Source of the DNA: an uncultured Aquificales bacterium
Lineage (GTDB): Bacteria > Thermosulfidibacterota > Thermosulfidibacteria > Thermosulfidibacterales > JALWSI01
Direction of reading: 5' to 3'
Assembly: GCA_964593115.1 (NCBI GenBank)
Contig: CAZQJB010000001.1
Span: 1 to 24,161, forward strand
DNA: 24,161 nucleotides
The stretch's first letter is position 1; every line of letters starts with the position of its first letter. Below, piece by piece: positions 8,432 through 16,881 of the stretch. The translations under genes and the position numbers were made by a program. The notes under the pieces were generated by a model. The model had not been told where the DNA came from and ran no database searches. It saw only the letters and a list, made by a program, of their open reading frames with translations.

Positions 8432-9730
8432 TCACTCCCACCAGGGCATGGGGGCCGCCTGCTGGGGTGAGAAGTAGGGACGGTGCTGGGGGCCCTGGTA
8501 CCTGCCGAACATGTTTCCCCTGCCGGTGTAGCTCAGAATGGTGTGCATCAACTCTGCCCCCCTAAGGAATCCCAGGGAGCCCTGGGCCACCGCCACCTCG
8601 TCGAAGGTGCGGGTCTCTCCCCTTCTCACCTTGTTACCGATGATGAGCAGGGGCACTGGCTCACCGCTGTGAAGCATGAAACCCGAAGAGGGGATGGAGT
8701 GGTCACCGGTGATCACCGTGAGCAGGCCATCTTGGGTCACGAACCTCTCGGCAAGGTAGGGCAGGGCCCTGTCCAGGGACTCTATGGCCTCAACCTTGTT
8801 CCAGGGGTTTCTGGTGTGGGCCGCCCTGTGAATGGCCATCACGTGCAGGTAGATGAGGTCGTAGTCCTCCAGCAGCCTCTCTGCCCTTTGCAGTCTTTTG
8901 AGCAGATCGTCGCCGGGGTCTTTAAGCTCTGGAAGCTCCTCGTGGTCCATGCCCAGGGCGAGGGAGAGACCCTTGTAGGCGCTTCCCGCTGCCAACGAGG
9001 CACCCTTGAGCCCCCATCTCTCCTCAAGGCTCTCTAAGATACGAAACCTGCCGCCCCCCCAGGTGAGAATGGCGTTCATACCCTGCCCACCATCTACCCC
9101 CAGCCCTCTCTGGGGATGACGGGAGAGAAGCTGCCGGTGAACCTCGACCAGGTAACGGTTCAAGAGCTCTGCAGTGGCCCTGGCCTTCTCGTTGCCCTTC
9201 TCGAAGGGCTCGGCCCTCAACGCAGGGGAGCCCGGAACCAGGGGATGGGTGTCGCTAACCTCGTGGGAACCCCCTTCTACCTCTACGATGGCCTCTCCGG
9301 GCCCAACGGGATGAAGGGTTAGGCGCTGGCCCCCGTGGTGCATGGTGGTGGGTATGGAGTCGAGCACCGCATTCCACTGGTCAGGATCCAACTGGGCACG
9401 GCTCTCGACCAGTGTGCCCCTGTCGTCTATCCAGCAACCCTGGGCCACGAAGAAGGCGGTGTTGGGTGGGGTATCCATGCCAGCACCCAGTGCCTCCAGG
9501 TACCCCCTTCCCGGAAACTGGTTCACAGGGTAACCCAAGAGCAAGAAGTGGGCCAGGTCACTGGGCAGTATCACCCCAGAGCCCAACCCGTGGTAAAGGC
9601 CGCATCCACCCAGCAAGGCAAGGTGGTTCAGGTTGGGGGTGTACGCCACCTGCAGCGGGGTGCGCCGCCCCAAGTCGTCCTGGGCCTGGTCTCCAAGCCC
9701 GTCTATGACGATCATCAGTATCCTGTCCAT
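8432..9730 (-). CDS. apgM: Cofactor-independent phosphoglycerate mutase, ApgM (archaeal-type) family, alkaline-phosphatase superfamily
   Basis: Motifs IDGLGD, RTPLQVAYTPNL, SDLAH (phospho-Ser), PGRGYLEALG, TGDHSIP and HSGEPVP. Start ATG 9730 with GGGGTG upstream; the track's GTG 9790 is an alternative. One metal-ligand Asp is replaced (see findings). Confidence 0.8.
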   Translation of the reverse strand: MDRILMIVIDGLGDQAQDDLGRRTPLQVAYTPNLNHLALLGGCGLYHGLGSGVILPSDLAHFLLLGYPVNQFPGRGYLEALGAGMDTPPNTAFFVAQGCWIDDRGTLVESRAQLDPDQWNAVLDSIPTTMHHGGQRLTLHPVGPGEAIVEVEGGSHEVSDTHPLVPGSPALRAEPFEKGNEKARATAELLNRYLVEVHRQLLSRHPQRGLGVDGGQGMNAILTWGGGRFRILESLEERWGLKGASLAAGSAYKGLSLALGMDHEELPELKDPGDDLLKRLQRAERLLEDYDLIYLHVMAIHRAAHTRNPWNKVEAIESLDRALPYLAERFVTQDGLLTVITGDHSIPSSGFMLHSGEPVPLLIIGNKVRRGETRTFDEVAVAQGSLGFLRGAELMHTILSYTGRGNMFGRYQGPQHRPYFSPQQAAPMPWWE

Positions 9731-9858
9731 GGCACCCCATTTACCCGGAAAGGCAAGCCATTGTAAAGAACCGTTGCCCTTCCCGCTCACCTTTCTTGCC
9801 CTCTACGCCTCCCTGTATTAGAACCCAAGAGACCACAGGGAGTTCGCGAGGAGGAACA

Positions 9859-10296
9859 GTGGAGATAGAGACGACGAGATTCGGTACCCTCGAGGTTGAC
9901 GAGAAAGACGTGATCTCGATGGTGGATCCCATAATCGGGTTTCCCCACGCAAGGCGCTTCGTGCTGCTCGACCACAAGACGAAGGGGGGCGTTACCCCCT
10001 TCAAGTGGCTACAGTCTGTTGACGATCCCGCCCTGGCCTTCGTATTGCTGCCAGCCCAGCTTGTGGAGCCCAGTTACAGAGTGACCATGACACAGGACGA
10101 GGCCGCAAGGCTGAAGATCTCTGAGCCCACAGACGCCCAGGTCTGGACCATACTGGTCATTCCACACAACGAGCCCAAGAAGATGACCGCCAACCTGAAG
10201 GCCCCGGTGGTGATCAACCAGAAGGAGAGACTGGGGAAACAACTGGTGCTGGTGGAGAGCGAGTACTCCACAAAACACAGGGTTCTCAAGGATTGA
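9859..10296 (+). CDS. fliW: Flagellar assembly factor / CsrA antagonist FliW
   Basis: Reads on the PLUS strand (gtg gag ata gag acg acg aga ttc ggt = MEIETTRFG), although the track lists 9796..10296 as minus. GAGGAGG RBS before GTG 9859. Motifs IIGFP, FKWLQS and [12 protein letters not shown]. Confidence 0.93.
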   Translation: MEIETTRFGTLEVDEKDVISMVDPIIGFPHARRFVLLDHKTKGGVTPFKWLQSVDDPALAFVLLPAQLVEPSYRVTMTQDEAARLKISEPTDAQVWTILVIPHNEPKKMTANLKAPVVINQKERLGKQLVLVESEYSTKHRVLKD

Positions 10297-10303
10297 TGCG
10301 AAG

Positions 10304-10531
10304 ATGCTGGTTCTCACGCGAAAGATAAACGAGAGCATCTTCATTGGAGACAACATCGAGGTGAAGGTGGTAGAGATAAGCGGAAAGTCGGTAAAACTGG
10401 GCATAGAAGCCCCCCGCGACCTTCCTGTTCACCGCAAAGAGGTTTACGAGGCAATCCTTAAAGAGAACATCGAGGCGGCAACCAGCGCCACTGAGATCCC
10501 CGAGGAACTACCAGGGATACTTGAAGGCTGA
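10304..10531 (+). CDS. csrA: Carbon storage regulator CsrA (long-tailed, FliW-regulated type)
   Basis: [15 protein letters not shown]...VKLGIEAP...VHRKEVY, plus the extended C-terminal helix with conserved Asn (KENIEA) typical of FliW-bound CsrA. Confidence 0.96.
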   Translation: MLVLTRKINESIFIGDNIEVKVVEISGKSVKLGIEAPRDLPVHRKEVYEAILKENIEAATSATEIPEELPGILEG

Positions 10532-11285
10532 AAAACCCAAGAGACTACGGGCAGACCTGCTGATGGTTGAGCGGGGACTCGCCCCCAGCAGGGAGAAGGC
10601 CAAGGCCCTCATCATGGCAGGTCTGGTTAAGGCAGACGGCCTTCCGGTGGAGAAGGCTGGTCAGCAGCTCCCCGAAGATGTGTGCATAGAGGTTACCCAG
10701 AGAATCCCCTACGTGGGCTGGGGAGGGGTGAAGCTCTCTGCCGCCATCGAGGGGTTCAACCTCGATGTTAAGGGCAAGGTGGCGGCAGACTTCGGTGCCT
10801 CCACCGGTGGGTTCACCCACTGCCTGCTGTTGAACGGTGCCCGGCTGGTCTATGCCGTTGACGTTGGCTACGGTCAGCTCGACCCGAGCCTGCGCAGGGA
10901 CCCAAGGGTGGTGGTGATGGAGAAGACCAACGTGCGCCACCTTACAGGAAGAGAGTTCGGCGAAGAGATCTCGCTGCTCACAGCCGACCTCTCCTTCATC
11001 TCCCTAACAAAGGTGCTCCCCGTGATCCGGGAGGTGCTGTCCCCCGGTGGCCAGGCTGTGCTCTTAGTGAAACCCCAGTTCGAGGTGGGCAAAGGGCAGG
11101 TGGGTAAGGGGGGCATAGTGAAAGACCCGGCCATGCAAGAAGAGGCGGTGGAGCGAGTGGCCTCTTGCGCCCAAAACCTGGGGTTCAAGGTGGCAGGCCG
11201 CATGGAGGCCCCCAGGCAGCGGGAGGGAAAGAACAGGGAGTTTCTGCTGCTGTTGGAGAAACCCTGGGCAGGCAGCGGTGAGTGA
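10521..11285 (+). CDS. tlyA: TlyA-family rRNA (cytidine-2'-O)-methyltransferase
   Basis: N-terminal S4 domain ([20 protein letters not shown]), SAM motif [18 protein letters not shown], and K-D-K-E tetrad in [19 protein letters not shown] and NREF. TTG start overlaps the csrA end by 11 nt. Confidence 0.93.
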   Translation: MKAEKPKRLRADLLMVERGLAPSREKAKALIMAGLVKADGLPVEKAGQQLPEDVCIEVTQRIPYVGWGGVKLSAAIEGFNLDVKGKVAADFGASTGGFTHCLLLNGARLVYAVDVGYGQLDPSLRRDPRVVVMEKTNVRHLTGREFGEEISLLTADLSFISLTKVLPVIREVLSPGGQAVLLVKPQFEVGKGQVGKGGIVKDPAMQEEAVERVASCAQNLGFKVAGRMEAPRQREGKNREFLLLLEKPWAGSGE

Positions 11286-11291
11286 ACAGTC

Positions 11292-11546
11292 TCACCTGTG
11301 CTGGGCAGCCACAAAGAGACGACGGGCAAAGCCCTCCACCAGGCTCCTCTTGCAGAGCCCTTCCAAGAAAGGCTGTGGTATGCCCTTTTTGCCATAGAAG
11401 ACCCCTGCTATCTGGCCGCAGACTGCGCCGGTGGTGTCGGCATCATCCCCAAGGTTCACCGCTTTCAACACCGATTTCTCGAAGCTATCGCTGTTGTAGA
11501 ACGCCCAGAGTGCGGCCTCGAGGCTCTCCACCACAAAACCAGCGTC
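11292..11546 (-). pseudogene. C-terminal fragment of an ADP-ribosylglycohydrolase (ARH/DraG family)
   Basis: 84 codons [16 protein letters not shown]...[29 protein letters not shown] match the ARH C-terminal signature from recall. In-frame TAA directly upstream (11547-11549), no SD, and the N-terminal two-thirds of the family fold are missing. Confidence 0.8.
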
Positions 11547-11566
11547 TTAAGATCAAGAATGGGTTT

Positions 11567-12496
11567 TCAATTCAGATAATCGTTCAACCTTTTGGCCGCT
11601 GCTAACTTGCGCAGTTTCTTAAGGGCCCTGCTCTCAAGCTGGCGCACCCGCTCTCCGCTCACCCCAAGCTGTTTGCCCAGCTCACCCAGCGTCATGGTGG
11701 TGTCGTTGTCGAGGCCGAACCGGTTCTTGATCACTATCTGCTCACGGGGATCAAGCTCCTTGATGAGCTCGTCAACGTGGGAGACCATGGACTGCTGAAG
11801 AAAGAGGTCTTCGGATGATGGAAAGGCACCCCCTTCCAATAGATCCATGAAGGGGGTGTCGTTGTCTTGGCCTATGGGGGTCTCCAGAGATAGATGCTGC
11901 CTTGAGGCCCTGAATATGTCTTCAAGGTCGTTGGCAGATACCCGTAGCTCGTCGGCTATCTCTTCTGCCACGGGCTCCCGGTTCTTCTCGTGTAGAAACC
12001 TCTCGCGCACCTTCCTGGCCTTCGAGAGCTTGCCCGCCTGCTTCAGGGGCAGGCGCACCGCTCCTGTCTGCTCGGCCAGGGCCTGCATTATGGCCTGGCG
12101 TATCCACCACACGGCGTAAGAGATGAACTTTACACCCCTGTCGGGATCGAACCTCTTTGCTGCCTGAATCAGACCCAGGTTGCCCTCGTTGATCAGATCC
12201 TGGAACGAAAGGCCGCGGTTCTTGTACTGGGCGGCGATAGAGACCACGAACCTCAGGTTGGCCTCCACCAGCCGCTGCAACGCCTCTACGTCTCCCTGCT
12301 GTATCCGCCTGCCAAGCTCCTTCTCCTCGTCTGGGGTGAGGGGCTCGAACCTGGTGATGTTACGCAGGTAGTCGTCAAGGTAGTCCTTGTCAGAGAGGCT
12401 GGTGTACTGTTCTACCACCGAGACCACCCCCCCCGACGGGGTGGTCTCGTCTTTCTTAGCCTTCTTCAAGGACTCGCTGGGGGGTTTACTCCCCAT
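11567..12496 (-). CDS. Alternative sigma70-family RNA polymerase sigma factor (RpoD/RpoS-like core, no region 1.1)
   Basis: 309 aa with region 1.2 (DDYLRNI..LTPDEE), region 2 ([33 protein letters not shown]), region 3 and region 4 HTH ([20 protein letters not shown]). ATG overlaps the clpB stop by 11 nt. Confidence 0.93.
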   Translation of the reverse strand: MGSKPPSESLKKAKKDETTPSGGVVSVVEQYTSLSDKDYLDDYLRNITRFEPLTPDEEKELGRRIQQGDVEALQRLVEANLRFVVSIAAQYKNRGLSFQDLINEGNLGLIQAAKRFDPDRGVKFISYAVWWIRQAIMQALAEQTGAVRLPLKQAGKLSKARKVRERFLHEKNREPVAEEIADELRVSANDLEDIFRASRQHLSLETPIGQDNDTPFMDLLEGGAFPSSEDLFLQQSMVSHVDELIKELDPREQIVIKNRFGLDNDTTMTLGELGKQLGVSGERVRQLESRALKKLRKLAAAKRLNDYLN

Positions 12497-15155
12497 TCAC
12501 CACCTCTCCCTCGATCACTTCATCGCTTTCGTGGGTGTCTTCACGACGCACAACCTCGAACCCGAGGCCGTCTCCGTCGCGGAAAACCCTCACCCTGTCT
12601 TCGCCCCTAATCTCTCCCGAAAGGAGGCGATTTGCAAGCTCGTTCTCGAGAAGATTCTGTATGGTGCGCCTCAAGGGCCTGGCACCGTAAGAGGGATCGT
12701 ACCCTTTCTGAGCCAAGAGCTCTTCGGCAGAGTCTTCTACCTCTAGCTCTATCTTGCGCTCTTTAAGTCTTGCCTTCACCCTCTCCACCATGAGGTGCAC
12801 GATCTGCCTGATGTGCTCTTCGCCCAGGGAATGGAAGACGATTATCTCGTCTATCCTGTTCAAAAGCTCGGGCCTGAAGTGGCGACGCACCTCGTTCATC
12901 ACCAGGTCCATCATCCTCTGGTATGCCTGTTGGTACTCAGGGGTGCCAAAGGGTGCCTCGGGGGCGGTGATGTACTCGCTACCCAGGTTAGAGGTCATGA
13001 TGATCACGGTGTTCTTGAAGCTCACCACAACGCCCTTCGAGTCGGTGAGGCGACCGTCCTCGAGGATCTGGAGCAGTATGTTGAACACCTCGGGGTGTGC
13101 CTTCTCGATCTCGTCCAGCAGCACCACCGAGTATGGCCTGCGCCTGACCGCCTCGGTTAGCTGACCACCCTCTTCGTGGCCAACGTAGCCTGGAGGGGCG
13201 CCTATGAGCCTGGCCACCGAGTGGCGCTCCATGTATTCCGACATGTCTATGCGCACCATGGCATTCTCGTCGTCGAAGAGAAACTCTGCCAGGGCCTTGG
13301 CAAGCTCGGTCTTTCCCACGCCGGTGGGACCAAGGAATAGGAAGGAACCCAGTGGCCTGTTGGGATCAGAGAGGCCAGCCCTGGCACGGCGTATGGCAGC
13401 AGAGACGGCCTGAACCGCCATGTCCTGCCCAACCACCCGCTTGTGCAGGTTCTCCTCCATCTTGAGCAGTTTGTCTGCCTCTTCTTCCAGCATCTTGTGA
13501 ACGGGTATTCCCGTCCATCTCGAGATGATGGCGGCGATGTCCTCTTCGCTCACCTCCTCTTTCAGCATCTTGCGCTTGCTCTGTATCTGGGCCAGGCGGT
13601 TGCCCTCGTCCTCGATCTGGCGCTGCAGGTTCACAAGGGTCTCGTACTTGAGGCGGGCTGCCTTCTCCAGGTCACCGTGTCTCTCGGCCTGCTCAAGATC
13701 GAGCCTGGCCTTGTCCATCTCCTCTTTCAATGCCCTTATCTTCTGGATCACCGACTTCTCGGATAGCCAATGGGCCTTCAGCTCTTCGTACTCTCCCTTC
13801 AGCGCCTCCAAGGCCTTCTCTATCTCTGAGAGTCTCTCCTTGGCCGCGGCGTCGCTCTCCCTCTTCACCACCTGTCTCTCTATCTCGAGCTGGCGGATCT
13901 TGCGGTCGAGTTCGTCGAGCTCAGAGGGCATGCTGTCTATCTCCATGCGCAGCTTGGCCGCCGCCTCGTCAATCAGGTCTATGGCCTTGTCTGGAAGCCT
14001 GCGGTCGGGCAGGTACCTGTGGGAGAGATAGGCAGCCGCTACTATGGCCGAGTCGTTTATCTTCACCCCGTGGTGTATCTCGTAGCGCTCCTTCAACCCG
14101 CGCAGTATGGAGATTGTGTCTTCAACCGATGGCTCCTTCACCAGCACGGGCTGGAACCTGCGCTCGAGGGCGGGGTCCTTCTCGATGTACTTTCTGTACT
14201 CGTCTATTGTGGTGGCACCTATGCAGTGAAGCTCTCCCCGGGCAAGGGCGGTCTTCAACAGGTTAGACGCGTCCATAGAGCCCTCTGCGGCACCTGCACC
14301 CACCACCGTGTGTATCTCGTCGATGAACAGTATTATCCGGCCCTCTGACTGGCCTATCTCTTGCAGCACCGCCTTCAGCCTGTCCTCGAACTCGCCCCTG
14401 TACTTGGCCCCTGCAACAAGGGCACCCATGTCAAGGGCCACCACCGACTTGTCCTGGAGGGTGGTTGGAACGTCTCCCCTGGCTATGCGCAGGGCGAGAC
14501 CCTCCACGATGGCGGTCTTGCCCACCCCGGCATCGCCGATGAGGCATGGGTTGTTCTTGCGCCGCCTGGAGAGTATGTGGATCACCCTGCGGATCTCCTC
14601 GTCCCTGCCGATCACCGGGTCGAGCTTGCCCTTGCGGGCCGCCTCGGTGAGGTCGTGACAATAACGCTTCAAAGCCTGGTACTTCTCTTCTGGGGCCTGG
14701 TCGGTCACCCTGTGGGGACCTCGCACCTCGGCAAGGGCCTTCAATAGCTCCTCCCGGGTTACCCCCATGGATGCGAGTATGTCGTGGGCGTAGCTGTCAC
14801 TCTCGTGGGCAATGGCAAGAAGCATGTGCTCGGTGCTTATGTACTGGTCTTTAAGCTCGTCCTTCTCCTTTTGGGCCCTGTTGAGCACCGCCGAGAGCTT
14901 CTGCGACACGTAGATCTCTCCCACTCCCTCTACCTTGGGATAGCGTTGCAGTGCGTCCTGAAGCCTGGCGGTGACCTGGCCTGTGTCTGCCCCAACCTTG
15001 CTGAGCAGTGAGGAGACTATGCCTCCCTCCTGCTTCACCAAGGATAGAAGCAGGTGCTCGGGCTCTATCTGCTGATGGCCGTGCTCCTGCGCGGCCTTGT
15101 GCGCCTCCTGTATGGCCTCTTGGGCCTTTACCGTAAACTCCTGCATGGATATCAT
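12486..15155 (-). CDS. clpB: ATP-dependent disaggregase ClpB
   Basis: 889 aa with Clp N-domain, NBD1 ([15 protein letters not shown]), coiled-coil M-domain, and NBD2 ([12 protein letters not shown] pore loop, LLDEIEKAH). No IGF/L ClpP loop. AGGAGG RBS. Confidence 0.97.
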   Translation of the reverse strand: MISMQEFTVKAQEAIQEAHKAAQEHGHQQIEPEHLLLSLVKQEGGIVSSLLSKVGADTGQVTARLQDALQRYPKVEGVGEIYVSQKLSAVLNRAQKEKDELKDQYISTEHMLLAIAHESDSYAHDILASMGVTREELLKALAEVRGPHRVTDQAPEEKYQALKRYCHDLTEAARKGKLDPVIGRDEEIRRVIHILSRRRKNNPCLIGDAGVGKTAIVEGLALRIARGDVPTTLQDKSVVALDMGALVAGAKYRGEFEDRLKAVLQEIGQSEGRIILFIDEIHTVVGAGAAEGSMDASNLLKTALARGELHCIGATTIDEYRKYIEKDPALERRFQPVLVKEPSVEDTISILRGLKERYEIHHGVKINDSAIVAAAYLSHRYLPDRRLPDKAIDLIDEAAAKLRMEIDSMPSELDELDRKIRQLEIERQVVKRESDAAAKERLSEIEKALEALKGEYEELKAHWLSEKSVIQKIRALKEEMDKARLDLEQAERHGDLEKAARLKYETLVNLQRQIEDEGNRLAQIQSKRKMLKEEVSEEDIAAIISRWTGIPVHKMLEEEADKLLKMEENLHKRVVGQDMAVQAVSAAIRRARAGLSDPNRPLGSFLFLGPTGVGKTELAKALAEFLFDDENAMVRIDMSEYMERHSVARLIGAPPGYVGHEEGGQLTEAVRRRPYSVVLLDEIEKAHPEVFNILLQILEDGRLTDSKGVVVSFKNTVIIMTSNLGSEYITAPEAPFGTPEYQQAYQRMMDLVMNEVRRHFRPELLNRIDEIIVFHSLGEEHIRQIVHLMVERVKARLKERKIELEVEDSAEELLAQKGYDPSYGARPLRRTIQNLLENELANRLLSGEIRGEDRVRVFRDGDGLGFEVVRREDTHESDEVIEGEVVNGE

Positions 15156-15290
15156 AGTTTGCTCCCTCCTTTTTCGCCGTCTTATTCTTGTGCGTACAGC
15201 TTTATGAGCGAAAGATACCTGCCGCTCTCAAATGTTCTCCCCTACGCCACACCCTGCGAAAGCGTATACCTGTAGCCACTGCTAAGGCTT

Positions 15291-15316
15291 GTTACAAGAA
15301 TACCCTTATTTGTAAC
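15291..15316. promoter_or_regulatory. AT-rich palindrome GTTACAA-N12-TTGTAAC in the hspR-clpB spacer
   Basis: Perfect 7-bp arms, ~135 bp upstream of the clpB start. Function unknown. Confidence 0.4.
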
Positions 15317-15405
15317 GGTTCCCTGTCTTTCCAGGACGAGGGCCAGGTTGGCAACACACTTGGCTTGGGCGGGGCAGGAGACCTAAGCCGGGAGGAAAGG
15401 GTTCT

Positions 15406-15789
15406 TCACCTGGTCTGCACTATTGAGGTTATGTCAACCTTTACCAGACCCTCGCCCATCACGTCTTCTACGTTCTGACCTGTGTACTTCTCGAAGAGGT
15501 CTTTCATCAGGGCTATCTGCTGCAGGGCCTTTTCGAGCTCGCTTCTCATGCGCATGATCACCTCAACCCCCGCCAGGTTCACACCAAGGTCCCTGGATAG
15601 GGTCAGGATAAACTTTAGCTTCTCTATGTCCTCTTCAGAGTAGAGCCTGGTGTTGCCGTCGCTCCTTTTCGGGGAGAGTATCCCCTTTCTGTCGTAGCCC
15701 CTCAGGGTCTGGGGATGCATCCCCAGCATCTCGGACACGGTGCCGATCATGTAGAGGGGCTGGCTTTTGTCTTTGCCGCTCCTTTTCAT
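15406..15789 (-). CDS. hspR: Heat-shock repressor HspR (MerR family)
   Basis: PLYMIGTVSEMLGMHPQTLRGYDRKG..PKRSDGNTRLYSEEDI..LSRDLGVNLAGVEVI is the HspR signature. Sits directly after dnaJ (4-nt gap, GGAGGT RBS). Confidence 0.9.
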   Translation of the reverse strand: MKRSGKDKSQPLYMIGTVSEMLGMHPQTLRGYDRKGILSPKRSDGNTRLYSEEDIEKLKFILTLSRDLGVNLAGVEVIMRMRSELEKALQQIALMKDLFEKYTGQNVEDVMGEGLVKVDITSIVQTR

Positions 15790-15793
15790 CTCT

Positions 15794-16747
15794 CTACCTC
15801 CCGTACTTTCTCAATATCTCTTCCCTGGGGTTATTCCTGCCCTCTACCTCTGCCAGCTCTCTCAGAAGCTTGACCGAACGCGGATCGAGGTTGCAAGGGG
15901 TCTGAACCTTCACCTTCACATAGAGGTCACCCCTGCCGCCACCCTTCAGCTTGGGCATCCCTTTACCTTTTAGTCTAAACCTTTGACCCGTCTGGGTGCA
16001 AGGGGGTATCTTCATCTTCACCAGCTTACCCTCTGGAGACGGGACCTCTATCTCTCCCCCAAGTGCAGCCTCCCAGTAGGTTATCGGCACCTCGCAGGTT
16101 AGGTTCTCGTTGTTGCGCTCGAAGAAGGGATGGGGCTTCACCTTGGTGACGATGTAGAGGTCACCCACGGTCCCCCCTGGCAATCCAGGCTCGCCCTTGC
16201 CGGCTATGCGTATCTTGGTGCCGTTTTTCACCCCGGGAGGGATCTTAACCTTTATTTTTTCGAGTTTACCGCCCCGGTTCACGGTGATGGTGGGGGTGAG
16301 GCCCCTGAAGGCGTCCTCGAAAGAGATCTCCATTACGTACTCGATGTCTCTGCCCTTCTGGAAGCTGGGACGCCCTGGGCGGCGGCCGCCCCTTTTTCCG
16401 GCCCGCATGTTCTCGAACAGGTCGGAGAAGAGACCCCCCAGGTCGAAGTCGAAGGTTGAGCCGTCTCCAAACCCCCCTGTGGTGTAGGTGAACCCTCCGG
16501 CGTCTCCACCGGGGAAACCACCCATCCCACCAACGCGGCCCATGGCATCGTACTCTTCCCTCTTCTTGGGATCACCGAGTACCTGGTAGGCCTCGGAGAT
16601 CTCTTTGAACTTCTCGGCCGCCTGCTGGTTACCGGGGTTCACGTCGGGATGCCACTTTCTGGCCAACTTGCGGTAGGCCCTTTTTATTTCGTCCTGGGTG
16701 GCGTTCTTGCTGACTCCCAGAATCTCGTAGTAGTCCTTGGCAGCCAT
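15794..16747 (-). CDS. dnaJ: Class II J-domain co-chaperone (DnaJ/CbpA-like, no zinc finger)
   Basis: 317 aa with J-domain ([11 protein letters not shown]), G/F-rich linker and DnaJ C-terminal domain. No CxxCxGxG repeats. Confidence 0.92.
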   Translation of the reverse strand: MAAKDYYEILGVSKNATQDEIKRAYRKLARKWHPDVNPGNQQAAEKFKEISEAYQVLGDPKKREEYDAMGRVGGMGGFPGGDAGGFTYTTGGFGDGSTFDFDLGGLFSDLFENMRAGKRGGRRPGRPSFQKGRDIEYVMEISFEDAFRGLTPTITVNRGGKLEKIKVKIPPGVKNGTKIRIAGKGEPGLPGGTVGDLYIVTKVKPHPFFERNNENLTCEVPITYWEAALGGEIEVPSPEGKLVKMKIPPCTQTGQRFRLKGKGMPKLKGGGRGDLYVKVKVQTPCNLDPRSVKLLRELAEVEGRNNPREEILRKYGR

Positions 16748-16788
16748 CTTTACCAGTCTCTCCTCCTCAAGCCCTTTTTTCTACCCCT

Positions 16789-16847
16789 GCCCAGGCGGCT
16801 TTAGGTACCGAGGGGACCTTAGCGGCCCCCTCGGGCAAAACCTGGGC
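16789..16847 (-). other. Nested RNA stem-loop in the dnaK-dnaJ intergenic region
   Basis: Outer arms GCCCAGG (16789-16795) / CCTGGGC (16841-16847) enclose inner arms CCGAGGGG (16808-16815) / CCCCTCGG (16827-16834). Confidence 0.6.
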
Positions 16848-16881
16848 GAGGAGCGTACAGAACACGACCGGCACGGTCAGT

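Noticed and set aside
9766-9792. Possible sigma28 promoter for fliW (TAAAGAAC...)
   Set aside because: The -10 position reads CCGCTCAC, a poor match to GCCGATAA.
9796-10296. ORF track entry listing the FliW-like protein on the minus strand, starting at 9796
   Set aside because: Direct reading shows the protein is encoded on the plus strand, and the SD-supported start is GTG 9859. The track label appears to be wrong.
11559-11571. TTGAAA and CCCATT (sigma32 -35 and -10 lookalikes) at the sigma stop
   Set aside because: Separated by 1 nt instead of 13-14, so it cannot be a sigma32 promoter.
12920-12990. ClpB insertion [11 protein letters not shown] at the position of the ClpP-binding loop
   Set aside because: Not an IGF/L motif, and ordinary ClpB proteins have a similar segment there. 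No evidence for protease coupling.
12754-14747. Multiple 100-180-aa ORFs antisense to clpB
   Set aside because: Shadows of a well-supported gene; Ser/Arg/Leu-rich composition typical of non-coding frames.
15259-15285. CIRCE-like half-site TTAGCAGTG upstream of clpB (minus strand)
   Set aside because: The second half matches only 3/9 of GAGTGCTAA at the 9-nt spacing, and no hrcA is in the window.
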